A DNA stretch of 64,000 bases from Gammaproteobacteria bacterium (GCA_029861845.1 JAOTYM010000007.1:2960-66959), one strand, 5' to 3'; shown: positions 37,418 through 48,645, counted from the stretch's first letter. Notes: generated by a model from the sequence alone, not told the origin. A program made the numbers and translations.

Positions 37418-37470
37418 ATTCTCGTGCTTGGCACCAGGTGACCCAGTGGGTCGGAATGTCAGATAATGCC

Positions 37471-38625
37471 TTAGGGCGTTTCCACCGCATCCAGAATATG
37501 GATCGGTCGGGTAGCGTTAATTATTAGCCCATAGCTCAGCTTTTCATATGGTCGGAATATCATCATTAGGCCAGATGCTTCATCCGGCAGCTTATACTTT
37601 CTACCCGTCACTGGATCTTTGCGTTTGCCGGCGTGGCGAGTAACCCGAAACACATGACCCTCTTCAATACCATCTCGACGACCAAGATTCACGCTCACGA
37701 TCGTGAACGGGCCGACCTCAGACACGGCGTTGAGCGCCGTTACGATGCGCCCCCTGAGTTCGGTCTCCGGCACATGTGGAAAGTAGTAAGGCAACGGCGC
37801 TTTGAGTGGCGCCACCAATAGGTCGTCGCTCGGCAGAATCTCTTGCTTTACCTTGGTGACCACCAGTTTAGCGGGGTCACCGGGTTTGAGCATTTTCGCG
37901 TCGCCGAGATAGATGGCCTCATAGCCGAGGAACTTCCTGGTGTCAGGGTCTTTGATCTTCTTGCCCTTGCGATAGAGCAAATAGAACTCGTCATCGGCAT
38001 CTTCGGGCAATCCGCGAGCGTAAAATTCGCTGTTATCCCCGAGCGCAATACGATCGTCCAAACCAATGGTCACATAGCCGGATTCTTCCAGCTGATCGTC
38101 GTCGACCAACAGCGGTCGGCTCAAGAAGGGCAGAATGATCTCGGGCGATATGGTAGGAATAGGTTGAGCCAAGGGTTTGCTTAGCACCTTAGGCGATAGT
38201 CTGACAACAGTACCGCTCGGCGCGCCGGCGACCCCTTCGAGCACCTCTGATATGGGTAGGCCCTCGTCGACCAATGGTACTTCGCCCGTCGGCTGATCAT
38301 CGCGGACGATGGTGAGCTCGGGCTGCCCGTCTACGAACCGCAGCACGATTACATCACCCGGGTAAATAAGGTGTGGATTAGCAATCTGCTCGTTGATCTT
38401 CCAGATCCGCGGCCAGTGCCAAGGCGTTCGCAAAAAGCGGGTCGAAATGTCCCAGAGCGTGTCTCCCTTTACGACCGTATAACGGGTGGGGTGATCCGGC
38501 TGCAGCTGAACGATATCGCCGGACTCAATAACCTCAACCTGCTCATTCTGGCCTGAGCTCGTCGCCGGCAGCGCGACCAAAGCGGCCACGACCAGGCTAA
38601 AGAGTGGGTTCCGAAGTGCTGACAT
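37471..38625 (-). CDS. LysM peptidoglycan-binding domain protein
   Basis: 384 aa with a signal peptide. The LysM motif is YTVVKGDTLWDISTRFL..PWHWPRIW. It holds the conserved position divergent from def. Confidence 0.85.
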   Translation of the reverse strand: MSALRNPLFSLVVAALVALPATSSGQNEQVEVIESGDIVQLQPDHPTRYTVVKGDTLWDISTRFLRTPWHWPRIWKINEQIANPHLIYPGDVIVLRFVDGQPELTIVRDDQPTGEVPLVDEGLPISEVLEGVAGAPSGTVVRLSPKVLSKPLAQPIPTISPEIILPFLSRPLLVDDDQLEESGYVTIGLDDRIALGDNSEFYARGLPEDADDEFYLLYRKGKKIKDPDTRKFLGYEAIYLGDAKMLKPGDPAKLVVTKVKQEILPSDDLLVAPLKAPLPYYFPHVPETELRGRIVTALNAVSEVGPFTIVSVNLGRRDGIEEGHVFRVTRHAGKRKDPVTGRKYKLPDEASGLMMIFRPYEKLSYGLIINATRPIHILDAVETP

Positions 38626-38802
38626 ATTATTTATATTTGGATTAGGTCCCTTCGCCGATGAGTGTAGTCCATAATTCCGAGGTGTGCCAACGGCGATATA
38701 TGGAAAATCGTGTTGTTATTCAATAGTATCTGTATCGGACGTAAACCACTTTCATAAGAACTGAAACCAAAGCAACCAAATACCAGTCTAACGGGCTCAA
38801 CT

Positions 38803-39306
38803 ATGGCGATACGCAAGATTCTTCACTATCCGGACCCCCGGCTACGCCGAAAGGCATTACCGGTAGACACCGTCGACGACGAGATACGGACGCTGATCGA
38901 TGACATGACGGAAACCATGTATCAAGCCCCTGGTATCGGCCTGGCCGCACCCCAAATCGACGTTAGCAAGCGCGTACTCGTGCTCGACATTTCCGAGACA
39001 AGAAATGCCCCACAGGTGTTCGTCAACCCGGAACTGTTGACCCAGGAGGGCGAGCAAACAATGGAAGAGGGGTGCTTATCGGTGCCCGGCGTGTACGATG
39101 AGGTGACGCGGGCCGAAAAAGTCAGGGTGCGGGCTCTGGGCCGTGATGGCAAACCGTTCGAGCTAGAAGCCGATGGGCTGTTGGCGACCTGCGTGCAGCA
39201 TGAAATCGACCACCTCGATGGCAAGCTGTTCGTGGATTATCTCTCTCGCCTCAAGCAACAAAGGGCCCGCAAGAAGCTCGAGAAACAACAGCGATTGGTG
39301 ATGTAG
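38803..39306 (+). CDS. def: Peptide deformylase
   Basis: 167 aa with motifs [16 protein letters not shown] and QHEIDHL. Confidence 0.95.
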   Translation: MAIRKILHYPDPRLRRKALPVDTVDDEIRTLIDDMTETMYQAPGIGLAAPQIDVSKRVLVLDISETRNAPQVFVNPELLTQEGEQTMEEGCLSVPGVYDEVTRAEKVRVRALGRDGKPFELEADGLLATCVQHEIDHLDGKLFVDYLSRLKQQRARKKLEKQQRLVM

Positions 39307-39322
39307 GACCACCCGCCAGACC

Positions 39323-40261
39323 TTGAACATCGTCTTCGCTGGAACCCCTGACTTTGCTGTGCCGGTGCTACGGGCACTGGCCGAGGATAACCGCCACCAT
39401 ATTGTTGCTGTCTACACCCAGCCCGACCGTCGCGCTGGGCGCGGTCAGCGACTACGGGCCAGCGCCGTCAAACAAGTGGCGAGCGAGCTTGGGCTCACGG
39501 TTCAACAACCCATCAAGCTCGACGGCCATGCGGTGGCAGCACTACAGACGTTGCAACCAGATGTCATCGTCGTGGTGGCCTATGGCCTCATGCTGCCGAA
39601 AGCAGTGCTTGAGCTACCCCCATATGGTTGCGTCAATGTCCATGCCTCACTGTTACCCCGCTGGCGCGGCGCCGCCCCCATCGCCCGGGCCATCGAAGCG
39701 GGCGACAGCACCACCGGCGTGACCATCATGCAAATGGATGAGGGGTTGGATACCGGGCCGATTCTCGCTCGGAGCTCGTTACCCATCTCTAACACCGACA
39801 CATCACAAACGCTGCATGACCGCCTCGCAGAGCTCGGCGCAGGGCGAATGTTGGATACACTCGAGAGGTTGGCGGCTGGCCACATTACGGCTCAGCCGCA
39901 GGATGAAACCCTCGCGAGTTATGCGCGTAAGCTAAACAAGGAAGAGGCGATGCTCAATTGGGCTGAGCCAGCAAGTCGGCTCGATCGCAAGATTCGCGCC
40001 TTTAACCCACGACCAGTCGCCCACACTCGGTTTCGGCAACGCGGTCTACGGGTGTGGGAAGCGCGCCCGCGTGATTCGGGCGAGTCATCACCGTCGGCGG
40101 TGCCGGGCGAAGTGGTGGCAACCGATCGCGATGGGATACACGTACTATCGAGTGATGGCGTTTTGTCGCTCCGTCGGGTGCAGCTCGACGGTGGAAAGCC
40201 AATGAGCGCTGAGGCCTTTATCAACGGTCACGCACTGGCCCCCGGGGAACGCCTGGGATAA
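39323..40261 (+). CDS. fmt: Methionyl-tRNA formyltransferase
   Basis: 312 aa with a TTG start. Motifs are IVFAGTPDFAV and HASLLPRWRGAAPI. Confidence 0.93.
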   Translation: MNIVFAGTPDFAVPVLRALAEDNRHHIVAVYTQPDRRAGRGQRLRASAVKQVASELGLTVQQPIKLDGHAVAALQTLQPDVIVVVAYGLMLPKAVLELPPYGCVNVHASLLPRWRGAAPIARAIEAGDSTTGVTIMQMDEGLDTGPILARSSLPISNTDTSQTLHDRLAELGAGRMLDTLERLAAGHITAQPQDETLASYARKLNKEEAMLNWAEPASRLDRKIRAFNPRPVAHTRFRQRGLRVWEARPRDSGESSPSAVPGEVVATDRDGIHVLSSDGVLSLRRVQLDGGKPMSAEAFINGHALAPGERLG

Positions 40262-40287
40262 TGCTGAGCGCCCGCGGGTAAGTTGCG

Positions 40288-41604
40288 TTGAGCGCATCCA
40301 CGGCCATACGTGTAACAGCAGCGCGAGTGGTAAGTGCGGTCATCCATAACAATGAGTTGCTTGACACTGCCCTGCGGCGGGCGCTACCGCCAGAGAAAAA
40401 AGAATCTGCACGCGACGACGCCGCCCTCATTCAGGAGATAGCCTACGGCACCCTGCGTTGGTCGCCACAGCTTGAAACAATAGCAAGCGAGTTGCTCGAG
40501 CGACCCCTGAAGCCGAAAGACCACGACGTCCATGTACTATTGCTGGTCGGGCTCTATCAACTCATGCACATGCGAGTAAAACCCTATGCGGCCGTCACAG
40601 AAACAGTGGCCGCCGCTGAAGGCTTGGGCAAACCGTGGTGTAAAGGCCTGATAAACGCCTGCTTGCGCGCCTTCTTACGCGATCGCGATAACTTGCTCAA
40701 CAAACTCGAACACAACCCGGCAAGTGTCACTAACCACCCGCCGTGGTTACTGACACATATTCAGCAGGCCTGGCCTGAACATTGGCGTATGATCGTGGAT
40801 GCCAACAATGAGCGCCCGCCCATGACATTGCGGGTGAACCTGCTGCGCAATTCTCGCGAGACTTATCAACGAGCACTGCACGACGCCTCACTATCCGCGA
40901 CGGTAGTCGAACATACGGACTGCGGTCTCAGGCTCGACCGACCGGTTCCGGTCACCGCCCTACCGCAGTTCGCGCTAGGCAGCGTATCGGTTCAAGACGC
41001 TGGCGCCCAGCTTGCAGCCCCGCTGCTCGAACTTAAGCCAGGTCAGCGTGCGCTCGATGCCTGTGCGGCACCCGGTGGCAAGCTCTGCCATATGCTAGAG
41101 CGCTACCCCACCGCCGACATTGTTGCCCTTGAAAAAGATCCAATGCGAATCGCTTTGATTGAAGAGAACCTAACCCGATTGCACCTGAACGCCGCGGTTA
41201 TTGTTGGTGATGCCGCCAACCCCGACAGCTGGTGGGACGGCCAACAACTCGATTGCATTCTCGCCGATGTCCCTTGCTCGGCAACAGGGACGGTGCGACG
41301 ACATCCCGATATCAAGGTGCGCCGCCCCGCCGATAATCTACGCAAGCTAACCGCCATCCAGTGCAGCATCATTGAGGGCCTGTGGCCCTTGTTGCGCAGC
41401 GGCGGTAAGCTGTTATACGTAACCTGCTCAATCCTTGCAGCGGAGAATGAAGACCAAATAAGCGCTTTTCTGGCCCGTCACGCCGATGCCGCAACCGTTA
41501 CCCTATCGCTACCGGTTGGTGTTACAAGGAAGCTCGGCATCCAGCTGCTACCGGGACAACAGGGCATGGATGGGTTTTATTATGCGTGCCTACAGAAGAA
41601 GTAA
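40288..41604 (+). CDS. rsmB: 16S rRNA (cytosine967-C5)-methyltransferase
   Basis: 438 aa with an N-terminal NusB-like region. The SAM site is DACAAPGGK and the catalytic motif is DVPCSATGTVRRHPD. Confidence 0.9.
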   Translation: MSASTAIRVTAARVVSAVIHNNELLDTALRRALPPEKKESARDDAALIQEIAYGTLRWSPQLETIASELLERPLKPKDHDVHVLLLVGLYQLMHMRVKPYAAVTETVAAAEGLGKPWCKGLINACLRAFLRDRDNLLNKLEHNPASVTNHPPWLLTHIQQAWPEHWRMIVDANNERPPMTLRVNLLRNSRETYQRALHDASLSATVVEHTDCGLRLDRPVPVTALPQFALGSVSVQDAGAQLAAPLLELKPGQRALDACAAPGGKLCHMLERYPTADIVALEKDPMRIALIEENLTRLHLNAAVIVGDAANPDSWWDGQQLDCILADVPCSATGTVRRHPDIKVRRPADNLRKLTAIQCSIIEGLWPLLRSGGKLLYVTCSILAAENEDQISAFLARHADAATVTLSLPVGVTRKLGIQLLPGQQGMDGFYYACLQKK

Positions 41605-42151
41605 TTGGCTCACGGCCGCCGCGCTAACCGCCGCCTTAAGCGCCTCGGTGGCCGACGCCGAGTTTACGGTGACAAATGTCGAACCACGCCTCACGGCGGA
41701 AGCGCTTGCGCTCTCTGGTGTACTCGATTTAGGGTTATCCACCAAGGTGGAGGAGGCCCTGAGCAAGGGTATACCGATGGATGTGATAATCGACATCAGC
41801 CTCTACCGGGAGCGGTCTGTGGTGTGGGACGCGCGTATTCAGACATGGGCGTTGCGACGCCGGATCAGTTACCATGCGTTATCGCGCCAATATCTGTTGA
41901 TGGGGCATAGGCCGGACGCCGCCACGGTTGAGAGCTTCGTGTCCTTGCAGTCGGCACTTAGAACCATGGGTTCGCTTGATGAACTGAGTTTTGCCCTTAA
42001 CAGGGAGTTCGATAGCAATTCCAATTATTATGTGGAAGTGCGTGCAAGCCTTGATATTGAATCACTGCCAGCGCCGCTACGCCCAGTGGCTTATACATCA
42101 CTGGCCTGGCACTTGAGCAGCGGGTGGACGGAATGGCACGTACAACGTTAA
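41582..42151 (+). CDS. DUF4390-like periplasmic protein
   Basis: The ORF is open from 41486. ATG at 41582 gives the signal peptide MRAYRRSNWLTAAALTAALSASVADA. It sits between rsmB and the NtrY-like kinase, as in beta- and gammaproteobacteria. Confidence 0.7.
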   Translation: MRAYRRSNWLTAAALTAALSASVADAEFTVTNVEPRLTAEALALSGVLDLGLSTKVEEALSKGIPMDVIIDISLYRERSVVWDARIQTWALRRRISYHALSRQYLLMGHRPDAATVESFVSLQSALRTMGSLDELSFALNREFDSNSNYYVEVRASLDIESLPAPLRPVAYTSLAWHLSSGWTEWHVQR

Positions 42152-44424
42152 TCCGTTACGCCACCGGTGTAGTTCCGCTTGCGGTTATTTCAGTCTTATT
42201 GTTGGTCGCGCTTTTCATGATGAACGCGGCGACCCAGAATTCAGAGCTATTCGGGCGTTTGTACTCTCTGCTGCTGGTCATTAATGTCGCCGGCATCATT
42301 CTGCTCCTTACCCTTATCCTCATAAACCTATATCGGCTAGCGGTGCAGTTTCGCGCACGCGTGATGGGTGCGCGTTTGACGCTGCGCCTATTCGGCATGT
42401 TCGTTCTGCTCGCTGTGATCCCAGTATCAGTAGTGCTGTTCTTCTCTTTACAGGCGGTAAACAAGGGCATCGATAGTTGGTTCGACGTGAATACCGAAAA
42501 GGCCTTAGATGATGCGCTGCTGTTGGGCCGCACCGCGCTCGATGCCATAAGACAGGATTTGGTAAAGACCGGCCAGGATACGGCAGTGGAACTTGAAGAT
42601 ACACCGGTCAAGTTGGTGTTGCCCGCCCTCGACTTCTTGCGCGAGAAGCACGACGTGGCAGAACTGACCTTGTTCTCACAAAACGGTGAGATTATTGCAT
42701 CGAGTAGTCAGGCAGGACCAAGTGCGGGCACGCTCGTGCCCGACCGACCGAACGAAACCATTCTGTCTCGAGTTAGGCAGGGCCAAGTCTATGCCAATCT
42801 CGATCCGATTGCGGCGGGGGATCTTCAACTTCGCGTCGTGGTACCGGTCTATTCCCGTGAAGTGGGAGCGCCGATCCGGATTTTACAACTCTTGCAACCG
42901 CTTCCTACACGCTACGCCAAACTTGGCCAGAGCGTGCAGGTAGCGTTTGCTGAATACGAGAAATTGGTTTATCTGCGCGGCCCCCTGAAATTTGGGTTTA
43001 CGTTAACGCTCGGTCTCGTAGCGCTACTGACCATGTTGATATCGATATGGGCAGCCATCTTCTCGGCTCGCCACCTAGTGGCGCCAATTCGTGATCTCGC
43101 CGCTGGTACCCATGCAGTCGCACGGGGTGACTATCGCAAGCAATTGCCGGCGCAAGGCCGAGACGAGTTTGGCGTACTCGTGCGATCGTTTAACGACATG
43201 ACACGAAAGATCCAAAATGCCCAGGACCAAACAAAGCGCAGTCAGGCGGAAGCGGAAATGCAGCGCACCTACCTGGAAACAGTGTTGGCACACCTTTCCT
43301 CCGGGGTTTTATCTTTTGATCGACGAAACTGCTTGCGCACCCACAATGCGGCGGCGGCGCAGATCCTGCACATGGATTTGGGACCCGCCGCGGGAAAATC
43401 GCTGCTCTGGCTTTCGAAGTCCCAGCCGCAGATTGCAGATTTCTGTCATTCAATCCGCGATGCCAGCGAGAAAGACCGGGCTGAGTGGCAAACAGAAGTA
43501 ACCTTGGCCGGACAATCGGGCAAACGAACGCTGATACTACGCGGCACGATGCTGCCCCGGATCCGACGGAGAAAAGGTGGTTATGTCGTCGTATTCGATG
43601 ATGTCACCGCCTTGATACAAGCCGAGCGTGACGCCGCCTGGCGCGAGGTCGCACGACGACTCGCGCACGAGATCAAGAATCCGCTTACCCCTATCCAACT
43701 GGCGGCAGAGCGTATCCGACAAAAATGCATGAGTGCCCTCGCATATGCGGAACAAACGACCATGGATCGGGCCACTCGCACCATCGTCGAGCAGGTAGAA
43801 GCACTGAAGTCCATGATCAATGCCTTCTCCGACTATGCTCGGCCGGTGCAGATGCAGACACAACCTATGGACCTCAATGACTTAATCCGGGATGTGGTAG
43901 AACTTTACGGCGGCCGCATATCAAAACGCGCAACAGGGTCCAACGACCGTAACGACGCCATCCTGACCAAACCACCGGCTATTAAGCTCGGGCTCGACCC
44001 AGACTTGCCCAACATCACTGCCGATCCGGGACGCTGGCGGCAGGTGTTGCATAACCTGCTGTTGAACGCTCGGGACGCACTGGCAAACAACGAAAAACCT
44101 TTAATTTATATCAATACTCGTCTAGTAGAATACGCAAGAGAAAATTTTGTGGAATTGGTTATTGAAGATAATGGCCCTGGTTTCCCAGAAAACCTAATGG
44201 ACCAGATGTTCGAGCCCTACGTCACCACTGGCGACAAGGGCACTGGCCTGGGGCTTGCCATTGTCAAAAAAATAGTCGAGGAGCACAGTGGTACATTGTT
44301 TGCGGAGAACCTTGCCGATAGCGGCGCGCGCATTACGATTCGGGTACCCATAGGTGAAACTGCTTCACTACATAAAGGCGACCTCAGTCGGTCGAGCAGT
44401 GATTTTAAAGAGAAACGGGCATGA
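42124..44424 (+). CDS. ntrY: NtrY-like sensor histidine kinase (multi-TM, HAMP, PAS, HisKA, HATPase)
   Basis: 766 aa. The H-box is LAHEIKNPLTPIQL, the N-box is NLLLNARDA, G1 is EDNGPGF and G2 is GTGLGLAIV. Confidence 0.8.
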   Translation: MDGMARTTLIRYATGVVPLAVISVLLLVALFMMNAATQNSELFGRLYSLLLVINVAGIILLLTLILINLYRLAVQFRARVMGARLTLRLFGMFVLLAVIPVSVVLFFSLQAVNKGIDSWFDVNTEKALDDALLLGRTALDAIRQDLVKTGQDTAVELEDTPVKLVLPALDFLREKHDVAELTLFSQNGEIIASSSQAGPSAGTLVPDRPNETILSRVRQGQVYANLDPIAAGDLQLRVVVPVYSREVGAPIRILQLLQPLPTRYAKLGQSVQVAFAEYEKLVYLRGPLKFGFTLTLGLVALLTMLISIWAAIFSARHLVAPIRDLAAGTHAVARGDYRKQLPAQGRDEFGVLVRSFNDMTRKIQNAQDQTKRSQAEAEMQRTYLETVLAHLSSGVLSFDRRNCLRTHNAAAAQILHMDLGPAAGKSLLWLSKSQPQIADFCHSIRDASEKDRAEWQTEVTLAGQSGKRTLILRGTMLPRIRRRKGGYVVVFDDVTALIQAERDAAWREVARRLAHEIKNPLTPIQLAAERIRQKCMSALAYAEQTTMDRATRTIVEQVEALKSMINAFSDYARPVQMQTQPMDLNDLIRDVVELYGGRISKRATGSNDRNDAILTKPPAIKLGLDPDLPNITADPGRWRQVLHNLLLNARDALANNEKPLIYINTRLVEYARENFVELVIEDNGPGFPENLMDQMFEPYVTTGDKGTGLGLAIVKKIVEEHSGTLFAENLADSGARITIRVPIGETASLHKGDLSRSSSDFKEKRA

Positions 44425-45788
44425 CGGCTGAATGCATCCTTGTGGTTGATGACGAACCCGATATTCGACGACTCGTACAAGAGATTCTAGAAGACGAACA
44501 ATACCAGGTGGTCACTGCCAAGAATGCGGTGGCGGCCCGTGCGGCCTACGCCGACCGACATCCTGATCTCGTATTGCTAGACATCTGGATGCCGGATACC
44601 GATGGTATTTCGTTACTCAAGGAATGGTCACAAACCGGCAAGCCACATGTCCCTGTCGTCATGATGTCTGGGCACGGTACGGTCGACACAGCAGTCGAGG
44701 CCACGCGCTTCGGAGCTTGTGACTTTATTGAGAAACCGCTGTCGATTGGCAAACTACTGGTAACGGTTGAGCGCGCTCTGGAGAGTGCCCGGCACACAGA
44801 TGAGAGCGGCTATCCACAACGTCAGATACAACCAGTCTCGACCTTGATCGGGCACAGCGCCATCATGCAGCGACTGCGCGAGGACGTGGAGCGGGTTGCA
44901 AAGACTGACAGCTGGGTGCTCATCACCGGTGAACCAGGTAGCGGCAAAGCGGTCACCAGCCGCTATCTTCATGCGCAAAGTGAACGTGCGAATCAGCCGT
45001 TTGTCGAAATTGGTCTGTCAGTGGTTCCAGCGAAAGATGTTGCGGCGGTGCTTTTCGGTCGTGAACACGACGGCGTCATTACAGCCGGCAGTTTTGAGCA
45101 GGCGACTGGCGGCACATTGGTGCTGTATGAGATTGGCGAACTAGATGTTGTAACGCAGTCACAGTTGGTGAGGGCCTTGGCGGAGCGCAGCTTTGTGCGC
45201 GTTGGCGGCACATCGTCATTCAATATGAACGTGCGCGTGATCGCCAGTAGCAGCCAGGATCTTGAAAAAAAGGTCGCCGATGGCAGTTTCCGTGAAGATC
45301 TGTACTACCGGCTCAACGTTTTACCGATACACATGCCACCGCTACGAGACCATCGCGAAGATGTACCTGAACTGATCAACTTTTATCGTGATTGGATGGT
45401 AGAACAAGAACAATTGCCATTCCGCAAGTTCTCAACACCAGCAATCAATCAACTACGAAACTATTCTTGGCCAGGAAACGTGCGTGAGCTTAGAAACATG
45501 GTACAGCAGTTACTGGTTCTCAATCGTGGCGTGGAGATTGACGAATCGGAGGTCGAACGTGCGCTTAGCAACCGCGGCGTAAGCAACGAAGAAATCGCCG
45601 AGTCGGTTTTTGATCTCCCACTTCGCGCCGCCCGAGACCAGTTTGAAAAGGCTTATCTTGAGTACCATTTGAAGCGCACACATGGAAATGTAAGTGAATT
45701 GGCGGCCCTAGCAGATATGGAGCGCACTCATCTGTACCGTAAACTGAAAAGCCTCGGGATTGATCCGAAGTCATCGAGATCGAAATAG
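44421..45788 (+). CDS. ntrX: NtrX-like response regulator (REC plus degenerate sigma-54-type AAA+ plus Fis-type HTH)
   Basis: 455 aa. The REC domain has VVDDEP..LLDIWMPD. Walker A is GEPGSGKA. The GAFTGA loop is replaced by DGVITAG, and Walker B reads LVLYEIGE. The C-terminal HTH is HGNVSELAALADMERTHLYRKLK. There is a 4-nt overlap with the kinase gene. Confidence 0.8.
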   Translation: MTAECILVVDDEPDIRRLVQEILEDEQYQVVTAKNAVAARAAYADRHPDLVLLDIWMPDTDGISLLKEWSQTGKPHVPVVMMSGHGTVDTAVEATRFGACDFIEKPLSIGKLLVTVERALESARHTDESGYPQRQIQPVSTLIGHSAIMQRLREDVERVAKTDSWVLITGEPGSGKAVTSRYLHAQSERANQPFVEIGLSVVPAKDVAAVLFGREHDGVITAGSFEQATGGTLVLYEIGELDVVTQSQLVRALAERSFVRVGGTSSFNMNVRVIASSSQDLEKKVADGSFREDLYYRLNVLPIHMPPLRDHREDVPELINFYRDWMVEQEQLPFRKFSTPAINQLRNYSWPGNVRELRNMVQQLLVLNRGVEIDESEVERALSNRGVSNEEIAESVFDLPLRAARDQFEKAYLEYHLKRTHGNVSELAALADMERTHLYRKLKSLGIDPKSSRSK

Positions 45789-45812
45789 CTCTGGGCTACT
45801 AATAATAAAAAC

Positions 45813-47192
45813 ATGAAGATTATCATTCTCGGCGCTGGTCAGGTCGGCACATCGGTCGCCGAGAATCTCGTAACCGAAAACAACGACGTCACGATCATGG
45901 ATGTTGATGCGAATCGGCTGCAGGAGCTTCAAGACCGATTAGATTTACGCACAGTCGTCGGGCACGCCTCCCATCCCGAAGCCCTACGCCAGGCCGGGGC
46001 CGAAGACGCGGATCTGATCCTGGCGGTCACGAGTAGCGATGAGGCCAATATGACGGCTTGTCAGATCGCTTACTCCTTATTTCACACACCCACCAAGATC
46101 GCCCGTATTCGTGCGGCTGAGTTCCTCTCGCATCCAGAGATTTTCGCCCAGGATGCGATACCCGTAGATGTCATCATCAGCCCAGAGCAGATTGTCGCCA
46201 GTCATATTCAGCGGCTGATTGAATACCCGAGCGCCCTGCAGGTACTCGACTTTGCAGGCGGACTAGTCGAGCTGGTAGCGGTAAAGGCGTTTTACGGTGG
46301 TCCTATGGTCGGGCACGAGTTGCGTACAATGCGTGATCATCTACCTGGCATCGAAGCGCGCGTCGCCGCTATCTATCGTGGTGATCGCCCGATTGTCCCC
46401 GACGGCGATACGGTTATCGAACCTGATGATGAAGTCTTTTTCCTCGCCGCTAAGAAACATATCCGCGCCGTGATGAGCGAGATGCGCAAACTCGATAAGC
46501 GTGTCAAGCGGATTATGCTCGCCGGTGGCGGCAATATTGGGCTTAGGCTCGCCTCTCAGCTTGAGCGTGGAAATTACTTGACCAAAGTCATCGAGCTAGA
46601 CGCGCTGCATGCACGTAGCGTCGCGGAGCAACTCAATCAGACCATCGTGTTGTTAGGTAACGCGGCCGACGAGGACCTCCTCCTCAAGGAGGGCGTGGAA
46701 GACACGGATATATTCTGCGCCATCACCAACGATGACGAAGCCAACATTCTGTCGGCCATGCTTGCGAAGCGACTAGGGGCACGTAAGGTCATGTCTTTGA
46801 TAAAGAGCCCGGCCTATGTCGATTTGGTCGAGAGTGGTGCCAATATAGATATCGCTATTTCTCCACAGCAAGCCATCATCGGCAGTTTGCTTGCCCATGT
46901 GCGACGCGGTGACGTGGTGGCAGTACATTCCTTGCGGCGCGGCGCGGCCGAAGCAATCGAGGCGGTTGCCCACGGAGATACTTCTTCGTCACGCGTAGTT
47001 GGACTCGCCGTCGGCGATATCAAGTTGCCGCGCGGCACAACGATTGGTGCGCTTGTGCGCAAGAACAAAGTGGTCATTTGCCACCACGATACGGTCATCG
47101 AACCCAATGACCACGTAATCATGTTTCTGATAGACAAAAAACACATCTCGCAAGTGGAACGCTTGTTCCAAGTCGATTACAGGTTCGTCTGA
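45813..47192 (+). CDS. trkA: Trk potassium uptake system NAD-binding subunit TrkA
   Basis: 459 aa with duplicated RCK/KTN domains. The N-terminus is [12 protein letters not shown]. Confidence 0.93.
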   Translation: MKIIILGAGQVGTSVAENLVTENNDVTIMDVDANRLQELQDRLDLRTVVGHASHPEALRQAGAEDADLILAVTSSDEANMTACQIAYSLFHTPTKIARIRAAEFLSHPEIFAQDAIPVDVIISPEQIVASHIQRLIEYPSALQVLDFAGGLVELVAVKAFYGGPMVGHELRTMRDHLPGIEARVAAIYRGDRPIVPDGDTVIEPDDEVFFLAAKKHIRAVMSEMRKLDKRVKRIMLAGGGNIGLRLASQLERGNYLTKVIELDALHARSVAEQLNQTIVLLGNAADEDLLLKEGVEDTDIFCAITNDDEANILSAMLAKRLGARKVMSLIKSPAYVDLVESGANIDIAISPQQAIIGSLLAHVRRGDVVAVHSLRRGAAEAIEAVAHGDTSSSRVVGLAVGDIKLPRGTTIGALVRKNKVVICHHDTVIEPNDHVIMFLIDKKHISQVERLFQVDYRFV

Positions 47193-47196
47193 CGAC

Positions 47197-48645
47197 GTGC
47201 ATTTCCTCACCATTCTGCGCGTCATGGGGCTATTGCTGACTTTCTTCAGCAGCACCTTATTACCGCCCATGGCAGTTTCGCTGTACTACGAAGACGGCGC
47301 CAGCCTCGCTTTCGCTATTGCCTTCGGCATTACGTTGGTGACCGGACTAGTGCTGTGGTTGCCGGTTGGTAAACGCAGGGAGGTGCGTGTGCGCGACGGA
47401 TTCGTCATCGTCACCTTGTTCTGGGTGTTGCTCGCGTTGTTTGGTTCGTTGCCGTTGGCGCTGGTAGACAAACCCGAAATGACATTTACAGACGCGCTTT
47501 TCGAGTCCACCTCAGGCCTTACAACAACCGGGGCGACAGTATTGACTGGGCTTAATGCCTTACCGAAATCAGTGCTTTACTACCGGCAACAACTGCAGTG
47601 GTTTGGCGGCATGGGTATTGTCGTGTTGGCAGTGGCAGTCATGCCCATGTTAGGGGTCGGTGGTATGCAGTTGTATCGGGCCGAGACACCCGGGCCTATC
47701 AAGAACAACAAGCTCACGCCGCGCATTACAGAAACCGCTAAGGCACTCTGGTACATCTATTTGGGTCTCACCGTGGCATGTGCAGTCGCCTATTGGTTTG
47801 CGGGCATGAATCTATTCGATGCGATTGCCCACAGTTTTTCCACCATAGCCATTGGTGGTTTCTCCACGCACGATCTAAGCTTTGGCCATTTCGATAATCC
47901 TGCCGTAGATAGCGTAGCAGTTATTTTTATGATCTTGGCGGGTATCAACTTTGCACTCCATTTTCATTCCTGGCGTGCACGAAGTATCAGACCCTATTTC
48001 GCCGATGCCGAAGTACAAGTCTATGTGCGCGTCCTGCTGGCGGTAGCAACTGTGAGTGTCATTGTGCTCATGATCACTGGGGCATACGACGGTTGGTTGC
48101 AAACGGTGCGACATGGCATCTTTCAGGCAGTATCGATTGCCACCACCACTGGATTCGCCACAACTGGGTTTCATTGGTGGCCATTGTTTTTGCCGGTTTT
48201 GCTGATTGTCGCGAGCTTTATCGGCGGCTGTGCTGGATCGACGGCCGGAGGGCTGAAGGTAATCCGGATATTGTTGTTATATAAACAAGGCCTGCGCGAA
48301 ATTTTCCGTCTCATACACCCGGATGCCCTAATGCCAATCAAGGTTGGTGGCAAGCCTATGGCAGACGAGGTTATCAGCGCAGTATGGGGGTTTTTCGCAC
48401 TCTATGTGGTGAGTTTCAACCTATTGGCACTTGCCATGACCGGAACCGGCGTAGACCTGGTAACGGCCTATTCATCTGTGGCCGCCTGTTTGAACAATCT
48501 TGGCCCTGGCTTGGGTGCGGTGAGTGCAAACTATGCAGAACTATCGGCAATAGGTAAATGGATACTGTGCTTTGCCATGGTATTAGGGAGGTTGGAGTTA
48601 TTCACATTGATGGTGCTGCTGACGCCAAGTTTTTGGCGTGGCTAA
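47197..48645 (+). CDS. trkH: Trk potassium uptake system membrane subunit TrkH
   Basis: 482 aa with a GTG start. It is polytopic with repeated selectivity-filter-like segments (TTTGAT, GGFSTH, TTTGFAT). Confidence 0.9.
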   Translation: MHFLTILRVMGLLLTFFSSTLLPPMAVSLYYEDGASLAFAIAFGITLVTGLVLWLPVGKRREVRVRDGFVIVTLFWVLLALFGSLPLALVDKPEMTFTDALFESTSGLTTTGATVLTGLNALPKSVLYYRQQLQWFGGMGIVVLAVAVMPMLGVGGMQLYRAETPGPIKNNKLTPRITETAKALWYIYLGLTVACAVAYWFAGMNLFDAIAHSFSTIAIGGFSTHDLSFGHFDNPAVDSVAVIFMILAGINFALHFHSWRARSIRPYFADAEVQVYVRVLLAVATVSVIVLMITGAYDGWLQTVRHGIFQAVSIATTTGFATTGFHWWPLFLPVLLIVASFIGGCAGSTAGGLKVIRILLLYKQGLREIFRLIHPDALMPIKVGGKPMADEVISAVWGFFALYVVSFNLLALAMTGTGVDLVTAYSSVAACLNNLGPGLGAVSANYAELSAIGKWILCFAMVLGRLELFTLMVLLTPSFWRG

